The position numbers and the translations under genes are program-made. Positions 38,769 to 48,402 of a DNA stretch of 64,000 nt are shown here, in pieces. The notes beneath the pieces were generated by a model. The model saw only the letters and a program-made list of their open reading frames with translations, was not told the origin of the DNA and did not search any database. Positions within the stretch are counted from its first letter, which is position 1; every line of letters starts with the position of its first letter. This stretch comes from an uncultured bacterium (GTDB lineage Bacteria; Patescibacteriota; Minisyncoccia; Phycocordibacterales; UBA9973), in assembly GCA_903892035.1 (NCBI GenBank), contig CAITGV010000001.1, forward strand, positions 226,711 to 290,710, written 5' to 3'.

Positions 38769-39752
38769 ATGAAAAGAATTTTATTTTCTTTCTTGATATT
38801 GGCTATATTTATGCCTTTTTCTCTGGCTCTTGCTGCTGGTCAAGTTTCAGCTTCAAGTATAAACGTCGCAATCAATCCTGAAGTTCCAGGACCAAATACA
38901 AATACTTCAATAACACTTTCGAGCTATGCGACAGACATAAATCGTGCATTAATCTCCTGGACACTAGACGGGAAGACGATGCAGTCTGGTATTGGAAAAA
39001 CAATTTTTTCTTTCACTACAAAAGGCGTAGGAACAGCCACAACAGTTACGGTAAATATAAGTATTGATTTACAACCCGCAATTACAAAAACAATAGTCAT
39101 TACTCCCGCAGATGTAGATATGCTTTGGGAAGCTATCGATTCATATGTGCCACCTTTCTACAAAGGTAAAGCCATGCCAAGCTCTGAAGCAAAAATAAAG
39201 GTCACAGCAATGCCCAATATAAAAGGCGCAAACGGAGTAAAAATAAAATCTTCAGATATGGTTTACAATTGGAAACACAATTACGACAACGATCCAAACG
39301 GTTCTGGTTACGGAAAAGATTCCTACATAGTAAATGCAAATTATTTAAATAATTCTGAAATTGTTGATTTGAGTGTTTCGTCAGTAAGCAATTCTAGTGC
39401 AGCATCGGGTAGGGCAGTGCTCGTGACTGGGGACCCTAAAATTGTTTTTTATCAAAAGGATCCACTTGAAGGAATAAAGTATGAAAATGCTTTAAAAACT
39501 GATTTAAATCTCTCAACAGATGAGACAACCTTGGTCGCAGAACCATATTTCTTTTCACCCGCTGATATAAATTCTTCAAAATATAAATACACATGGAACA
39601 TAAATGGTAGCGCAGTGGACACTCCAGCAAAAAAGAATGTGATGACTCTTCGAAAAGGACCAACTGGAGGAACTGCAAATATTTCTCTAGAAATCGAAAA
39701 CGTATTAAAATTATTCCAAGACGCAAAGCAGAATTTAAACATTAACTTCTAA
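38769..39752 (+). CDS. Secreted beta-rich (Ig-like) protein of the T4SS-like locus
   Basis: Signal peptide, WEAIDSYVPPFYKGK and AEPYFFS motifs. Confidence 0.7.
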   Translation: MKRILFSFLILAIFMPFSLALAAGQVSASSINVAINPEVPGPNTNTSITLSSYATDINRALISWTLDGKTMQSGIGKTIFSFTTKGVGTATTVTVNISIDLQPAITKTIVITPADVDMLWEAIDSYVPPFYKGKAMPSSEAKIKVTAMPNIKGANGVKIKSSDMVYNWKHNYDNDPNGSGYGKDSYIVNANYLNNSEIVDLSVSSVSNSSAASGRAVLVTGDPKIVFYQKDPLEGIKYENALKTDLNLSTDETTLVAEPYFFSPADINSSKYKYTWNINGSAVDTPAKKNVMTLRKGPTGGTANISLEIENVLKLFQDAKQNLNINF

Positions 39753-41890
39753 TGAAAATGAATAAAAAAATTAAAATAATTTTTCTATCCGCCTTATTGA
39801 TAATCACCGGATTTTTTGCAATCAAAGCAAGCGCTGCAACACCAGCAGGTTTTACAGGAACAACAGTAGCTGACGGCTCTACTTTATATAAATATGACTC
39901 AACTTGTGCAGTTGGTGCTGGAATATTCAAAAAACAACGCGGAATAATTGTCCCAACCAATGCAACGTCTGTATCAAAAGGTTACATATATTTCCATGGA
40001 TTAAACACATCCACAAACCCAACATCAGACTACATGTGTACTACTTCAGGACTTTGTGCTTCAGCAAAAGCTGAAAATTCAGTCATTTTTACACCTGAAA
40101 CAAATGTTACGGGACAGACTGCTCAAACAGTAGGATACAAAGATGAATTTGATTGTTTCATACAGGAAGCAAAAACAAAACTTCAATCACTTCATATTGG
40201 TGTTCCAAATACAATTGATATTGCAGGTCACAGTGCAGGAGCAAAACTTGTAATGAATACAGTGAACCTTGCGCCAGGGTTTTCCACAAGTAGTAGGGTG
40301 GACGCAATTATTTTTGATGGTTGCTATGGAAATTGGTGTAATCAAATTATTGCCTCGCCCCACACAAATCATGTATATCTTTACTATCAAACTCAAGATA
40401 CAGACGGTACTGGTCCACTTTCAATTGCCGCATATAATACAAATAAAACAAAAGCAAGTATTTTAAAAGTTGAGGCTGGACACTATAGAATTCCTGCAAA
40501 ATGTTTTATGGACCACATAAATGGAGATAAGTGTGGTGCTCCTGAAGTTCCTTCAGACCAAGGTTACAACGTAGATGTAAAACAGGTTGCGGGAACGGTG
40601 GCAAATTCTTCAAAAATTACGGTCACATATAGCGGTTTTACTGAAACAACTCCAGCTAGAATAAATATGGAATATGCAAGTGCTGCAGAAAATGACAGCC
40701 CAGCACAAAGTGCAACAATATCCATGACCGCAAGTTCAAGTCCTCAAACAATAGAAAAAACTTTTAGTAACCTTACAGACCAAACAGAATATAGAATTAC
40801 GGTTACAGAAGATAAATCGTTCGACGACCCTAGTAGATTATCGTATAGTGACCCTGTAACTTTTACTCAATCAACTGTAATAAATGGCAACGGGGATAAC
40901 AAACTTGATTGTAGTGATCCAAAAAATACAGACAATCAGGATTGTAAATGTACAACAGGGTATTGTTTACTTCAACCAATTGCGGGATTAAAAACTATTC
41001 CAGATAGTACATCAATTTCTACATATTTAAATATAATGTTTAAAATTGGTATTGGTCTAGCAGCTGTCCTTGCTGTGATAATGATCGTCATCGGTGGAAT
41101 ACAATATATGTCCACAGATGCAATATCTGGAAAAGAAGACGGCAAACACCGCATCAAGGGCGCTCTCACTGGCCTCATCCTCGCTCTCGGTGCATGGGCA
41201 CTTCTAAACACAATCAACCCCGACCTCGTCCTCATAAAACTCGACCTCAAAAGCGCACAAGTTAAGATAGACACCTCAAGTGTCGACGTACCAGCAACTA
41301 ATCTAACCACAGGCTCTCCTGTTTGTGGTGGTAAATACAAAGTTGGAGACGTATGGCAAGCAGATGATGTTATTAGAAAAAAATACACTGATACTTTTGG
41401 AAGCAGTTCAGTTAATGTTGGAAATTGTAAAACAGTTGGACAACATTCTTGTACCAGTCTTGCAGGGCTTCCAGATAGCACATACTCAGGTATGAAAAAA
41501 TTAGAAGATGCAATAATTAGTGCTCAAGTTAATATTCTACCTGGACCATCTTGTAAGGATTACACTTGTCTAGAAATCACAGGAGGTACTGAATGTTGGG
41601 ACCATGGGAACAGTCAAAGTACGCACATACCAGGAAGTGATGTTGTTGATTTGCTTAATAGTAACCAGTTAAATCAATTTTTAACAACTTTTGCAAATGG
41701 ATCAAATAATAATAAAGGATATACAAGAACTATAGGTCAATTTGGTTTAACACCAAATGCAACTCTCTATGTTTATCAATGGGGAGGAACAGGTAATGAT
41801 TATTTATCTATAGTTCACGAAACAGTACCAGACCATTTTCATGTTTTAAGTTGGATGGGACCACCACCGGCACAGTGGCCAAAACAATAA
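39752..41890 (+). CDS. Multidomain protein: alpha/beta-hydrolase-like, FN3-like, T4SS pilin (VirB2/TrbC-like) and putative Zn-peptidase domains
   Basis: YFHG and GHSAG; pilin IGLAAVLAVIMIVIGGIQYM...I.GAL.GL.LAL.AW..LNTINPDL; C-terminal H.PG...VD and HFH. Confidence 0.7.
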   Translation: MKMNKKIKIIFLSALLIITGFFAIKASAATPAGFTGTTVADGSTLYKYDSTCAVGAGIFKKQRGIIVPTNATSVSKGYIYFHGLNTSTNPTSDYMCTTSGLCASAKAENSVIFTPETNVTGQTAQTVGYKDEFDCFIQEAKTKLQSLHIGVPNTIDIAGHSAGAKLVMNTVNLAPGFSTSSRVDAIIFDGCYGNWCNQIIASPHTNHVYLYYQTQDTDGTGPLSIAAYNTNKTKASILKVEAGHYRIPAKCFMDHINGDKCGAPEVPSDQGYNVDVKQVAGTVANSSKITVTYSGFTETTPARINMEYASAAENDSPAQSATISMTASSSPQTIEKTFSNLTDQTEYRITVTEDKSFDDPSRLSYSDPVTFTQSTVINGNGDNKLDCSDPKNTDNQDCKCTTGYCLLQPIAGLKTIPDSTSISTYLNIMFKIGIGLAAVLAVIMIVIGGIQYMSTDAISGKEDGKHRIKGALTGLILALGAWALLNTINPDLVLIKLDLKSAQVKIDTSSVDVPATNLTTGSPVCGGKYKVGDVWQADDVIRKKYTDTFGSSSVNVGNCKTVGQHSCTSLAGLPDSTYSGMKKLEDAIISAQVNILPGPSCKDYTCLEITGGTECWDHGNSQSTHIPGSDVVDLLNSNQLNQFLTTFANGSNNNKGYTRTIGQFGLTPNATLYVYQWGGTGNDYLSIVHETVPDHFHVLSWMGPPPAQWPKQ

Positions 41891-41892
41891 TA

Positions 41893-41944
41893 TTTATGTC
41901 AAAACAAAAATTCATCTTCATAGTTTCAATGGTAATCGTCGGAT
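41893..41944 (+). repeat. 52-bp direct repeat, left copy (truncated 5' end of the downstream gene, 16 codons then TAG)
   Basis: Identical to 43209-43260. Confidence 0.95.
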
Positions 41945-41988
41945 AGGGTTAGTGGGTTTAGACACTGATGATTTGTGCATACCTATAT

Positions 41989-42016
41989 TTGACAAAAAAT
42001 TGGTAGTTGCTATACT
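41989..42016 (+). promoter_or_regulatory. Sigma70-type promoter of the inserted ATPase
   Basis: TTGACA-16 bp-TATACT with extended TG. Confidence 0.65.
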
Positions 42017-42024
42017 AGTTTTAT

Positions 42025-43161
42025 ATGGAAAATTATATAAACCGGAGCTATAAAATAGAAGACCTAGTAATCGCAGGTAAAGTTCTTGTAGTATACGGTC
42101 CAAGAAGATCCGGTAAAACAACCTTAATAAAAAACTATACTGACAAATTAAAAACGAATTTTTTAGTAGATTCTGGAGACAATATCATAGTGCAAGAAAT
42201 TTTAAGTTCTGGTGATACAAATAGAATACTTGCCCGAGTTGAGGGATTATCTGTATATGTACTTGATGAAGCGCAAAATGTCGCGAACATTGGGCAGGCA
42301 CTTAAAATAATAATTGACGCAAGACCCGATCTGATAGTCATAGCTACAGGATCTTCCTCATTTGATCTAGCAAATAAATTAGGAGAACCATTGGTCGGTA
42401 GAAGAGAAATTGTTACACTATACCCCTTTGCACTTCAAGAACTAAATAAAAATTTTCCAAGAAACATACTTGATGATAATTTAAACTCTTTTCTTGTTTA
42501 TGGCCTTTACCCGCAGGTTTACAATTCAAAAACTAATTTCGAAAAGGAATCTCGTTTGCAAGAAATAGTGGAAGGATATTTGCTAAAAGATATTTTTGCT
42601 TTGGAACAAATAAAGTCACCTTCAAAATTGTTGCATTTAATTAAGCTACTTGCGCAATATATAGGCCAGCCGATAGCACTAAATAAACTAGCAGGAGAAG
42701 TTGGTCTCAATCAAAAAACAGTAGAAAGATATTTAGATCTTTTGGAAAAAACTTTTGTTATAAAAAAAATTATGCCTTTTTCAACAAAACTCAGCCAGAG
42801 CTTGAAATTTAAACCTAAATATTATTTTTACGATCTTGGTATTAGAAATTCATTGCTTGGAAATTTCCTACCTCCACCTGAAAGAGCTGATGTGGGTAGT
42901 CTATGGGAAAACTTTTGTTATATTGAAATAATTAAATTGAATGCTTACAAAAGAAAATCTCATCCTCAATATTTTTTCTATAAGTCATACCAAAATAATG
43001 ATGAAATTGATATAATTGAAGAATACAATGGGTACAAAGCCTTTGAGTGTAAGTGGAAATTTAGCAGAGATATGGTAAATATGGAAGAGTGGGACAATGC
43101 ATACCCAAACTCAAAAATTAAAGTGATAACAAGAGATAATTATTACGATTTTATTGTCTAG
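42025..43161 (+). CDS. AAA_14 / DUF4143 ATPase with C-terminal PD-(D/E)XK-like motif
   Basis: GPRRSGKT, LDEAQ, TGSSS, YGLYP, KYYFYDLG, GSLWEN and EID...AFECK motifs. Confidence 0.9.
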   Translation: MENYINRSYKIEDLVIAGKVLVVYGPRRSGKTTLIKNYTDKLKTNFLVDSGDNIIVQEILSSGDTNRILARVEGLSVYVLDEAQNVANIGQALKIIIDARPDLIVIATGSSSFDLANKLGEPLVGRREIVTLYPFALQELNKNFPRNILDDNLNSFLVYGLYPQVYNSKTNFEKESRLQEIVEGYLLKDIFALEQIKSPSKLLHLIKLLAQYIGQPIALNKLAGEVGLNQKTVERYLDLLEKTFVIKKIMPFSTKLSQSLKFKPKYYFYDLGIRNSLLGNFLPPPERADVGSLWENFCYIEIIKLNAYKRKSHPQYFFYKSYQNNDEIDIIEEYNGYKAFECKWKFSRDMVNMEEWDNAYPNSKIKVITRDNYYDFIV

Positions 43162-43208
43162 AGATAGTAGTTTAATTTTATTTGCATTATAATGATACAA
43201 GCACACAT

Positions 43209-43260
43209 TTTATGTCAAAACAAAAATTCATCTTCATAGTTTCAATGGTAATCGTCGGAT
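43209..43260 (+). repeat. 52-bp direct repeat, right copy
   Basis: Identical to 41893-41944; contains the ATG at 43212. Confidence 0.95.
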
Positions 43261-44591
43261 TGATTTTGGCATTTTGGATTGCCTCTGTTTTTATCACTAA
43301 ACAAAAAAGTGGGGGAGGACCAGTAACAATTCGAGATTTTTTTCCTATTTCAAATAGTCCAATTTCAAATACACCACCAGTAAACATAAATGGAAATGGT
43401 GAAACACTACCAACAGACAACGGTAATACAAACACTCCACCAAAATTCCGCCAAATTTCAAACTTTGCAGTAGCGGGTGCAACAGTTGTAGATGAAACAC
43501 CAGTGGCTCCTATTGTGGCAAAAACAAAGGTATCAAAAACAGTTCCAGCGACTCCTCCAATACCTCCAGTTTACGCTATACGCTACGTAGAACGCGCTAC
43601 AGGGCATTTATTTGAACAAATACTAGGAAGCTGGACTGAGAAAAAAGTTACGAATACGACGATTCCAAGCATTTACGAAGCAATGTTTGGAAATAATGGA
43701 AATTCTGCATTCTTGCGCTATTTAAATAGTGACAATCAAACAATTGAGAGTTTTTCTGGTTCAATTCCACTTCCAAAAGTACCAGCAAAAACTGCAAGTA
43801 CAACAGTTACGACTACAAATACTGCGACAGTAGCAAATGCTCTACCTATTGGAAATGATGTGGCAGAAACTCCAATACCAGAACTACTTGGTACATTTTT
43901 TCCTGAAAATATTTCAAGTGCAGTAGTATCTCCAGACGGAAGCAAAGTCTTTTATTTAAGTAGTTTTGGAGATCAAACTCTTGGTACATCAGCAAATCTC
44001 GACGGTACTAAAAAATCTCAATTCTTTACATCGAGTTTTAGTGAGTGGATTCCACAGTGGCCAACAGCTCGCATAATGACAATAACAACAAAAGCTTCTG
44101 CAAGCGTCCCAGGTTTTGTTTATACCCTAGACACACAAACAGGAGATATGAATAAAATTATTGGAGGACTTAAGGGGCTCACAACGCTTACAAGCAGTGA
44201 TGGAAAAAATATGCTTTACAGTGTATCAAATGGTAAAGATTTTTCACTTTATTCATATTCACTCAAAACAAATACAACAACAAATTTAAATATAAAAACA
44301 CTTCCAGAGAAGTGTGTGTGGTCAAGTGACAATATTACAGTTTACTGTGGTGTTCCAGTAAGTCCCGACGCTGGTGCTTACCCAGATGTATGGTACCAAG
44401 GTCTTACATCTTTCAATGACCAAATTTGGAAAATAAATACAGCTACAAGTGAGTTCAATATGATTGGTGACCCAAATTCCGATGTAAATGTATCGATGGA
44501 TGCGACAAAATTAATTCTCGACAAAACAGAGAGTAACCTATTTATAGTAAACAAAAAAGATTCTAAATTGTGGAGTCTAGCTCTACAGTAA
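43212..44591 (+). CDS. Membrane-anchored beta-propeller-like protein
   Basis: N-terminal TM, SPDGSKVFY, SSDGKNMLY and TLPEKCVW motifs. Confidence 0.7.
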   Translation: MSKQKFIFIVSMVIVGLILAFWIASVFITKQKSGGGPVTIRDFFPISNSPISNTPPVNINGNGETLPTDNGNTNTPPKFRQISNFAVAGATVVDETPVAPIVAKTKVSKTVPATPPIPPVYAIRYVERATGHLFEQILGSWTEKKVTNTTIPSIYEAMFGNNGNSAFLRYLNSDNQTIESFSGSIPLPKVPAKTASTTVTTTNTATVANALPIGNDVAETPIPELLGTFFPENISSAVVSPDGSKVFYLSSFGDQTLGTSANLDGTKKSQFFTSSFSEWIPQWPTARIMTITTKASASVPGFVYTLDTQTGDMNKIIGGLKGLTTLTSSDGKNMLYSVSNGKDFSLYSYSLKTNTTTNLNIKTLPEKCVWSSDNITVYCGVPVSPDAGAYPDVWYQGLTSFNDQIWKINTATSEFNMIGDPNSDVNVSMDATKLILDKTESNLFIVNKKDSKLWSLALQ

Positions 44592-45069
44592 TATATTTAA
44601 TTTTTACTCGGCGTTCTCTTCCAACACCGACAGATTCAGTGGTGATGTCTTTTGCATTTGTGAGAAAAGCGTGAACTATTCTTCTTTCATATGAAGACAT
44701 CGGGTCAAGCTCAATACTTGACTTGAAAAAACGTGCACGCTCAGCCATCATATGAGCGGTGGCTTTTATATTTTCATGTTTCTTTTTTTGAAAACCATTT
44801 ATATCAATAGTGAAAAGAAATGGTACATTATTCATTTTTCCATTTTCATCTTTTGAAAAATCAGTCTTATTTTCAATCATTCTTTTTAAGATATGATTGA
44901 TGGCATCTAGTGTTTCACCGTCACGACCCAATAAAAATTGAGGCTCAGAAGTTTTCACTGAAAACCATGTAGTACCTTCTTCATCCATTGTAGTTTCAAT
45001 TTCCTCTGTTGCAAGAGGAATATTTCTTAAAAACTCTTCTATCATTTTTTGATATTCTTGATTTTTCAT
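44563..45069 (-). CDS. jag: Jag/KhpB-like KH-R3H RNA-binding protein
   Basis: LLGRDGETLDA and MSSYERRIVH...TESVG...RRV; located after yidC. Confidence 0.9.
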   Translation of the reverse strand: MKNQEYQKMIEEFLRNIPLATEEIETTMDEEGTTWFSVKTSEPQFLLGRDGETLDAINHILKRMIENKTDFSKDENGKMNNVPFLFTIDINGFQKKKHENIKATAHMMAERARFFKSSIELDPMSSYERRIVHAFLTNAKDITTESVGVGRERRVKIKYITVELDSTI

Positions 45070-45070
45070 A

Positions 45071-45808
45071 TTATTGAATTACAGCAACATTTGCATATTT
45101 TTTCTGCAAAGTTTTCTGTTGAATTACTGCGTAAATATTATTTACAATCCAGTAAAGAGAAACTGCAACTGGAACTTGGAAGTAAGCTAAAAGAAAAATC
45201 ATCACTGGTAGAAAATATTTCATTTGTGACTGCATATTTTTCATCATTTGGTCTTGCATTGATTCTCCAGCAACTCCTGGTGCTGGTTTTGGTGTGAGCA
45301 TTGCAAATTGCATATATTGAGCCCCCGCAACTAAAATTGAGAACAATAAATTCTTTTTAGCTGTAAGATCTATGAAACCTAAAAAATGTATATTGATATG
45401 CGCTGGCATGTGCACAAAAGAATATAGAGAGCTAACCTGATTCATATCTAAACCTTTGGTAAAAACCCAATACAATGTTCCTAATATTGGAATTTGAATG
45501 AGTAGTGGAAGACAACCAGCAAAAGGATTTACTTTATGAATTTTATAAAGTTCAAAAGTTTTTTTATTTAACTCTTGTTTATTGTCAGCATATTTTTCTT
45601 TTAATTTGTTTATTTCGGGCTCTAACTTTCTCATTTCAAGCTGGCTTTTGATGGCCTTGCGAGTAAAAGGGGAGAGTATAAACTTAATAAGTAAAGTAAG
45701 TAAAATAATAGCTACCCCAGCGTCAGCCATCGGAGAAATATTCAAAAGTAAAACTAAAGTATTATATAAAGGGCGAAACAAAAGAGTTGTACCAATAAAG
45801 TGAAACAT
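45071..45808 (-). CDS. yidC: Membrane protein insertase YidC
   Basis: LEPEINKLKEKY, VNPFAGCLPLLIQIP and LYWIVNN motifs; start moved to ATG 45808. Confidence 0.95.
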   Translation of the reverse strand: MFHFIGTTLLFRPLYNTLVLLLNISPMADAGVAIILLTLLIKFILSPFTRKAIKSQLEMRKLEPEINKLKEKYADNKQELNKKTFELYKIHKVNPFAGCLPLLIQIPILGTLYWVFTKGLDMNQVSSLYSFVHMPAHINIHFLGFIDLTAKKNLLFSILVAGAQYMQFAMLTPKPAPGVAGESMQDQMMKNMQSQMKYFLPVMIFLLAYFQVPVAVSLYWIVNNIYAVIQQKTLQKKYANVAVIQ

Positions 45809-45851
45809 CCCGCTATTGTAACTCGAAAATGCCAAAAAAGAAAGCTAAAAA

Positions 45852-46094
45852 TTATTTTACTGGGTCATAATCTGCGTGTGAAAATGGATTACATCGCAAT
45901 ATTCTTTTAATTGTCATTTTTCCACCCACAATTGCACCATATTTTTGTATTGCCTGTATGCCATATTCCGAACAAGTAGGGTAAAAAGAACATACTTGTC
46001 TTCTAACTAGACCTATTTTCTTTAAAAAACCATGATCTGGTGAAATAGTCTTTTGATAAATAACTATCAATAAAATTAAGGCTTTTTTAGGCAT
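45852..46094 (-). CDS. yidD: Membrane protein insertion efficiency factor
   Basis: [17 protein letters not shown] and RILRCNPF motifs. Confidence 0.95.
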   Translation of the reverse strand: MPKKALILLIVIYQKTISPDHGFLKKIGLVRRQVCSFYPTCSEYGIQAIQKYGAIVGGKMTIKRILRCNPFSHADYDPVK

Positions 46095-46455
46095 TTATTC
46101 TATTTAATACATTTTTAAGAATTTCATTTACAGAGGATTCTATTTCTTCATATTTCATATTTTTACTCCCCTTAGAATAGAAAAAGGCTAGAGAAAATGG
46201 CTTTTTGGTGAAATTACCTTGTAAATATTGACTATTTTGTATAACTGAATAACCTTGGCGTCGAAGCTTATTTCTATCTACAGCAAGCTTTGCGACACTT
46301 TTAGGAGCCACAAAAGAAAAAAGGCACTCATTTTTTGCATTTTGACCTTGTAAAACAAGGGCTTTTGCTCTAATTAAGCCACAACTAAAAGAAACACCAT
46401 TTTTCATGGTTTCAGTAAAAAGGACTCTTGAAATCCTGTTTTTCTTTGGAATCAT
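46087..46455 (-). CDS. rnpA: RNase P protein component
   Basis: PKKNRI and [18 protein letters not shown]; synteny with rpmH and yidD. Confidence 0.9.
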   Translation of the reverse strand: MIPKKNRISRVLFTETMKNGVSFSCGLIRAKALVLQGQNAKNECLFSFVAPKSVAKLAVDRNKLRRQGYSVIQNSQYLQGNFTKKPFSLAFFYSKGSKNMKYEEIESSVNEILKNVLNRINA

Positions 46456-46466
46456 TCAATTAAGCC

Positions 46467-46628
46467 TTATTTTGCAGCCTTTTTGTGCTTAGGAGAAACA
46501 GTGAGTTTCGCGCGTCCCTTTTGGCGACGACGACGAAGAACATTTTTACCATTTGTACTCTTTGAACGGACAAGAAAACCGTGGGTTTTTGCTCGTTTTC
46601 TCTTTTTTGGTTGGTATGTTTGTGACAT
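46467..46628 (-). CDS. rpmH: 50S ribosomal protein L34 (missed by the ORF track)
   Basis: Manual translation [53 protein letters not shown]. Confidence 0.96.
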   Translation of the reverse strand: MSQTYQPKKRKRAKTHGFLVRSKSTNGKNVLRRRRQKGRAKLTVSPKHKKAAK

Positions 46629-46825
46629 GACAATACAATACACCATTTATACGAAAAAATCAAATTATTTTACCCATTTAAAAACAGGGGATAGAGACAC
46701 ACCAAAATATCCTTTAGTACCAAGCTTATTTTAGTAAAAATATTCTTATCAACAGCTTATCAACATAGTAATGAAGTTATACAGTGTTTCCCCTTTTCAA
46801 TTCTGAGTATTATAATAGGGAAGCT

Positions 46826-48184
46826 ATGGAAGATACAAAAAAAGTTTGGGAAAATTGTTTGGGTGAAATTGAACTTGGAGTTTCTAAGGCAAATTTCAGT
46901 ACATGGTTTAGAAATACTCATATAATTAAAGAAGAGATGGGGTCAGTCTATCTTGGTGTGCCAAATGAATTCGTGAAAGATTGGTTATTGAATAAATACC
47001 ATAAATTAATACTAAAGACTTTAATGGGTTTTCATGAAGACATCCGCTCTTTGGAATATGTAATTGTAAAAAATGAAGGTGGACATAAAGAAAATCAACC
47101 ACAAGTATCTGAGACAGCAAAACCAATGCCGAATAAAGAATTACCTTTGGCAGATTTATATATAAACAAAGACGATAACCTGAACCCACGTTACATCTTT
47201 GATTCTTTTATTGTTGGATCATTCAATGAGCTTGGCTACGCAGCGGGGCAGGCCATCATTAAAGCTCCTGGGACAGCCTACAACCCGTTTTTTATATACG
47301 GCCCGACAGGTTTAGGTAAAACACATTTAATACAAGCTATAGGCAATTCCATCAAAGCTAAATATACAGAAAAAAAAGTTCACTATATTACTTTAGAAAA
47401 ATTTGCTACAGACCTCGTGAATGCACTTCAAACAAACAAAGCAAATTCATTTAAAGATAAATATAGAAAATATGATGTTTTAATCATCGACGATATCCAA
47501 TTTGTGGGGAAGATGGAAAAAACCCAAGAGGAACTGTTTCATACCTTCAATACTTTTCATGAAAACCAGAAACAGATTATTTTTTCATCTGATAAACACC
47601 CAAACTACATCCCAGGGCTAGAAGATCGTTTAAAATCAAGGTTTTCGGCTGGTATGATCGTAGATATCAACGAACCAGAGATAGAATCTCGTATAGCAAT
47701 ACTGAAAGCAAAAGTAAAAGATAGTGAGTATTTGATACCAGATGAAATCATAGAATACATAGCTTCGTCGATACAAGGAAACATTCGAGAATTAGAAGGA
47801 AGTTTAAATGCTATTGTATGCCAAACGGGGGTAAAAGGAAGATCTCTTTCATTGAGTGAAGTTAAAAGTTTAATCAAAAATAATATTAAACCAAAGAAAA
47901 ATATCTCTGTGAAAGAAGTGGTTAAAGTTGTTTCTGAGTTTTATAATGTCGACGAAATGACAATATATGAAACAACAAGGAGAAAAGAGATTGTGAAAGC
48001 AAGGCAAATGGTAATGTTTATTTTACGTGAGGACTTCAATGTATCTTACCCATTAATAGGTCAGAAACTCGGGGGTAAAGACCACACAACAGTAATACAC
48101 TCATGTTTAAAGATAAAAGAGGGAATTAAAAATGATCCATCAATTTTACAAGAATTAGAGCAATTACGTGCAATGTTTAAATAG
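46826..48184 (+). CDS. dnaA: Replication initiator DnaA
   Basis: LNPRYIFDSF, YNPFFIYGPTGLGKTHL, IDDIQF, RLKSRF and GGKDHTTVIH motifs; start moved to ATG 46826. Confidence 0.98.
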   Translation: MEDTKKVWENCLGEIELGVSKANFSTWFRNTHIIKEEMGSVYLGVPNEFVKDWLLNKYHKLILKTLMGFHEDIRSLEYVIVKNEGGHKENQPQVSETAKPMPNKELPLADLYINKDDNLNPRYIFDSFIVGSFNELGYAAGQAIIKAPGTAYNPFFIYGPTGLGKTHLIQAIGNSIKAKYTEKKVHYITLEKFATDLVNALQTNKANSFKDKYRKYDVLIIDDIQFVGKMEKTQEELFHTFNTFHENQKQIIFSSDKHPNYIPGLEDRLKSRFSAGMIVDINEPEIESRIAILKAKVKDSEYLIPDEIIEYIASSIQGNIRELEGSLNAIVCQTGVKGRSLSLSEVKSLIKNNIKPKKNISVKEVVKVVSEFYNVDEMTIYETTRRKEIVKARQMVMFILREDFNVSYPLIGQKLGGKDHTTVIHSCLKIKEGIKNDPSILQELEQLRAMFK

Positions 48185-48402
48185 TGTTGATAATTTTGTG
48201 GATAAAGTAGTGAAAAAGATTGTTAATAAAAATATAAAGTGGGGATAAAAATTTAATAATTTTTTAAAAAAAAGTTATTAAATAGATTACACACAAAAGA
48301 TATCAAAAATAAAACAGTAAATAGGTTGATAAATATAAACAAAAGATACTTATCCACTTATCCACATGTATAGTATTAATAGTAATTTAATATATAGAAT
48401 AT
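48185..48402. other. Predicted oriC (dnaA-dnaN intergenic region)
   Basis: TGTGGATAA 48197-48205, TGTTGATAA 48185, tandem TTATCCACT/TTATCCACA 48350-48366, then tag-tat-taa-tag-taa DnaA-trio-like run; very AT-rich. Confidence 0.8.

Noticed and set aside
46460-46663. 67-aa ORF from the track
   Set aside because: Wrong frame; rpmH occupies 46467-46628
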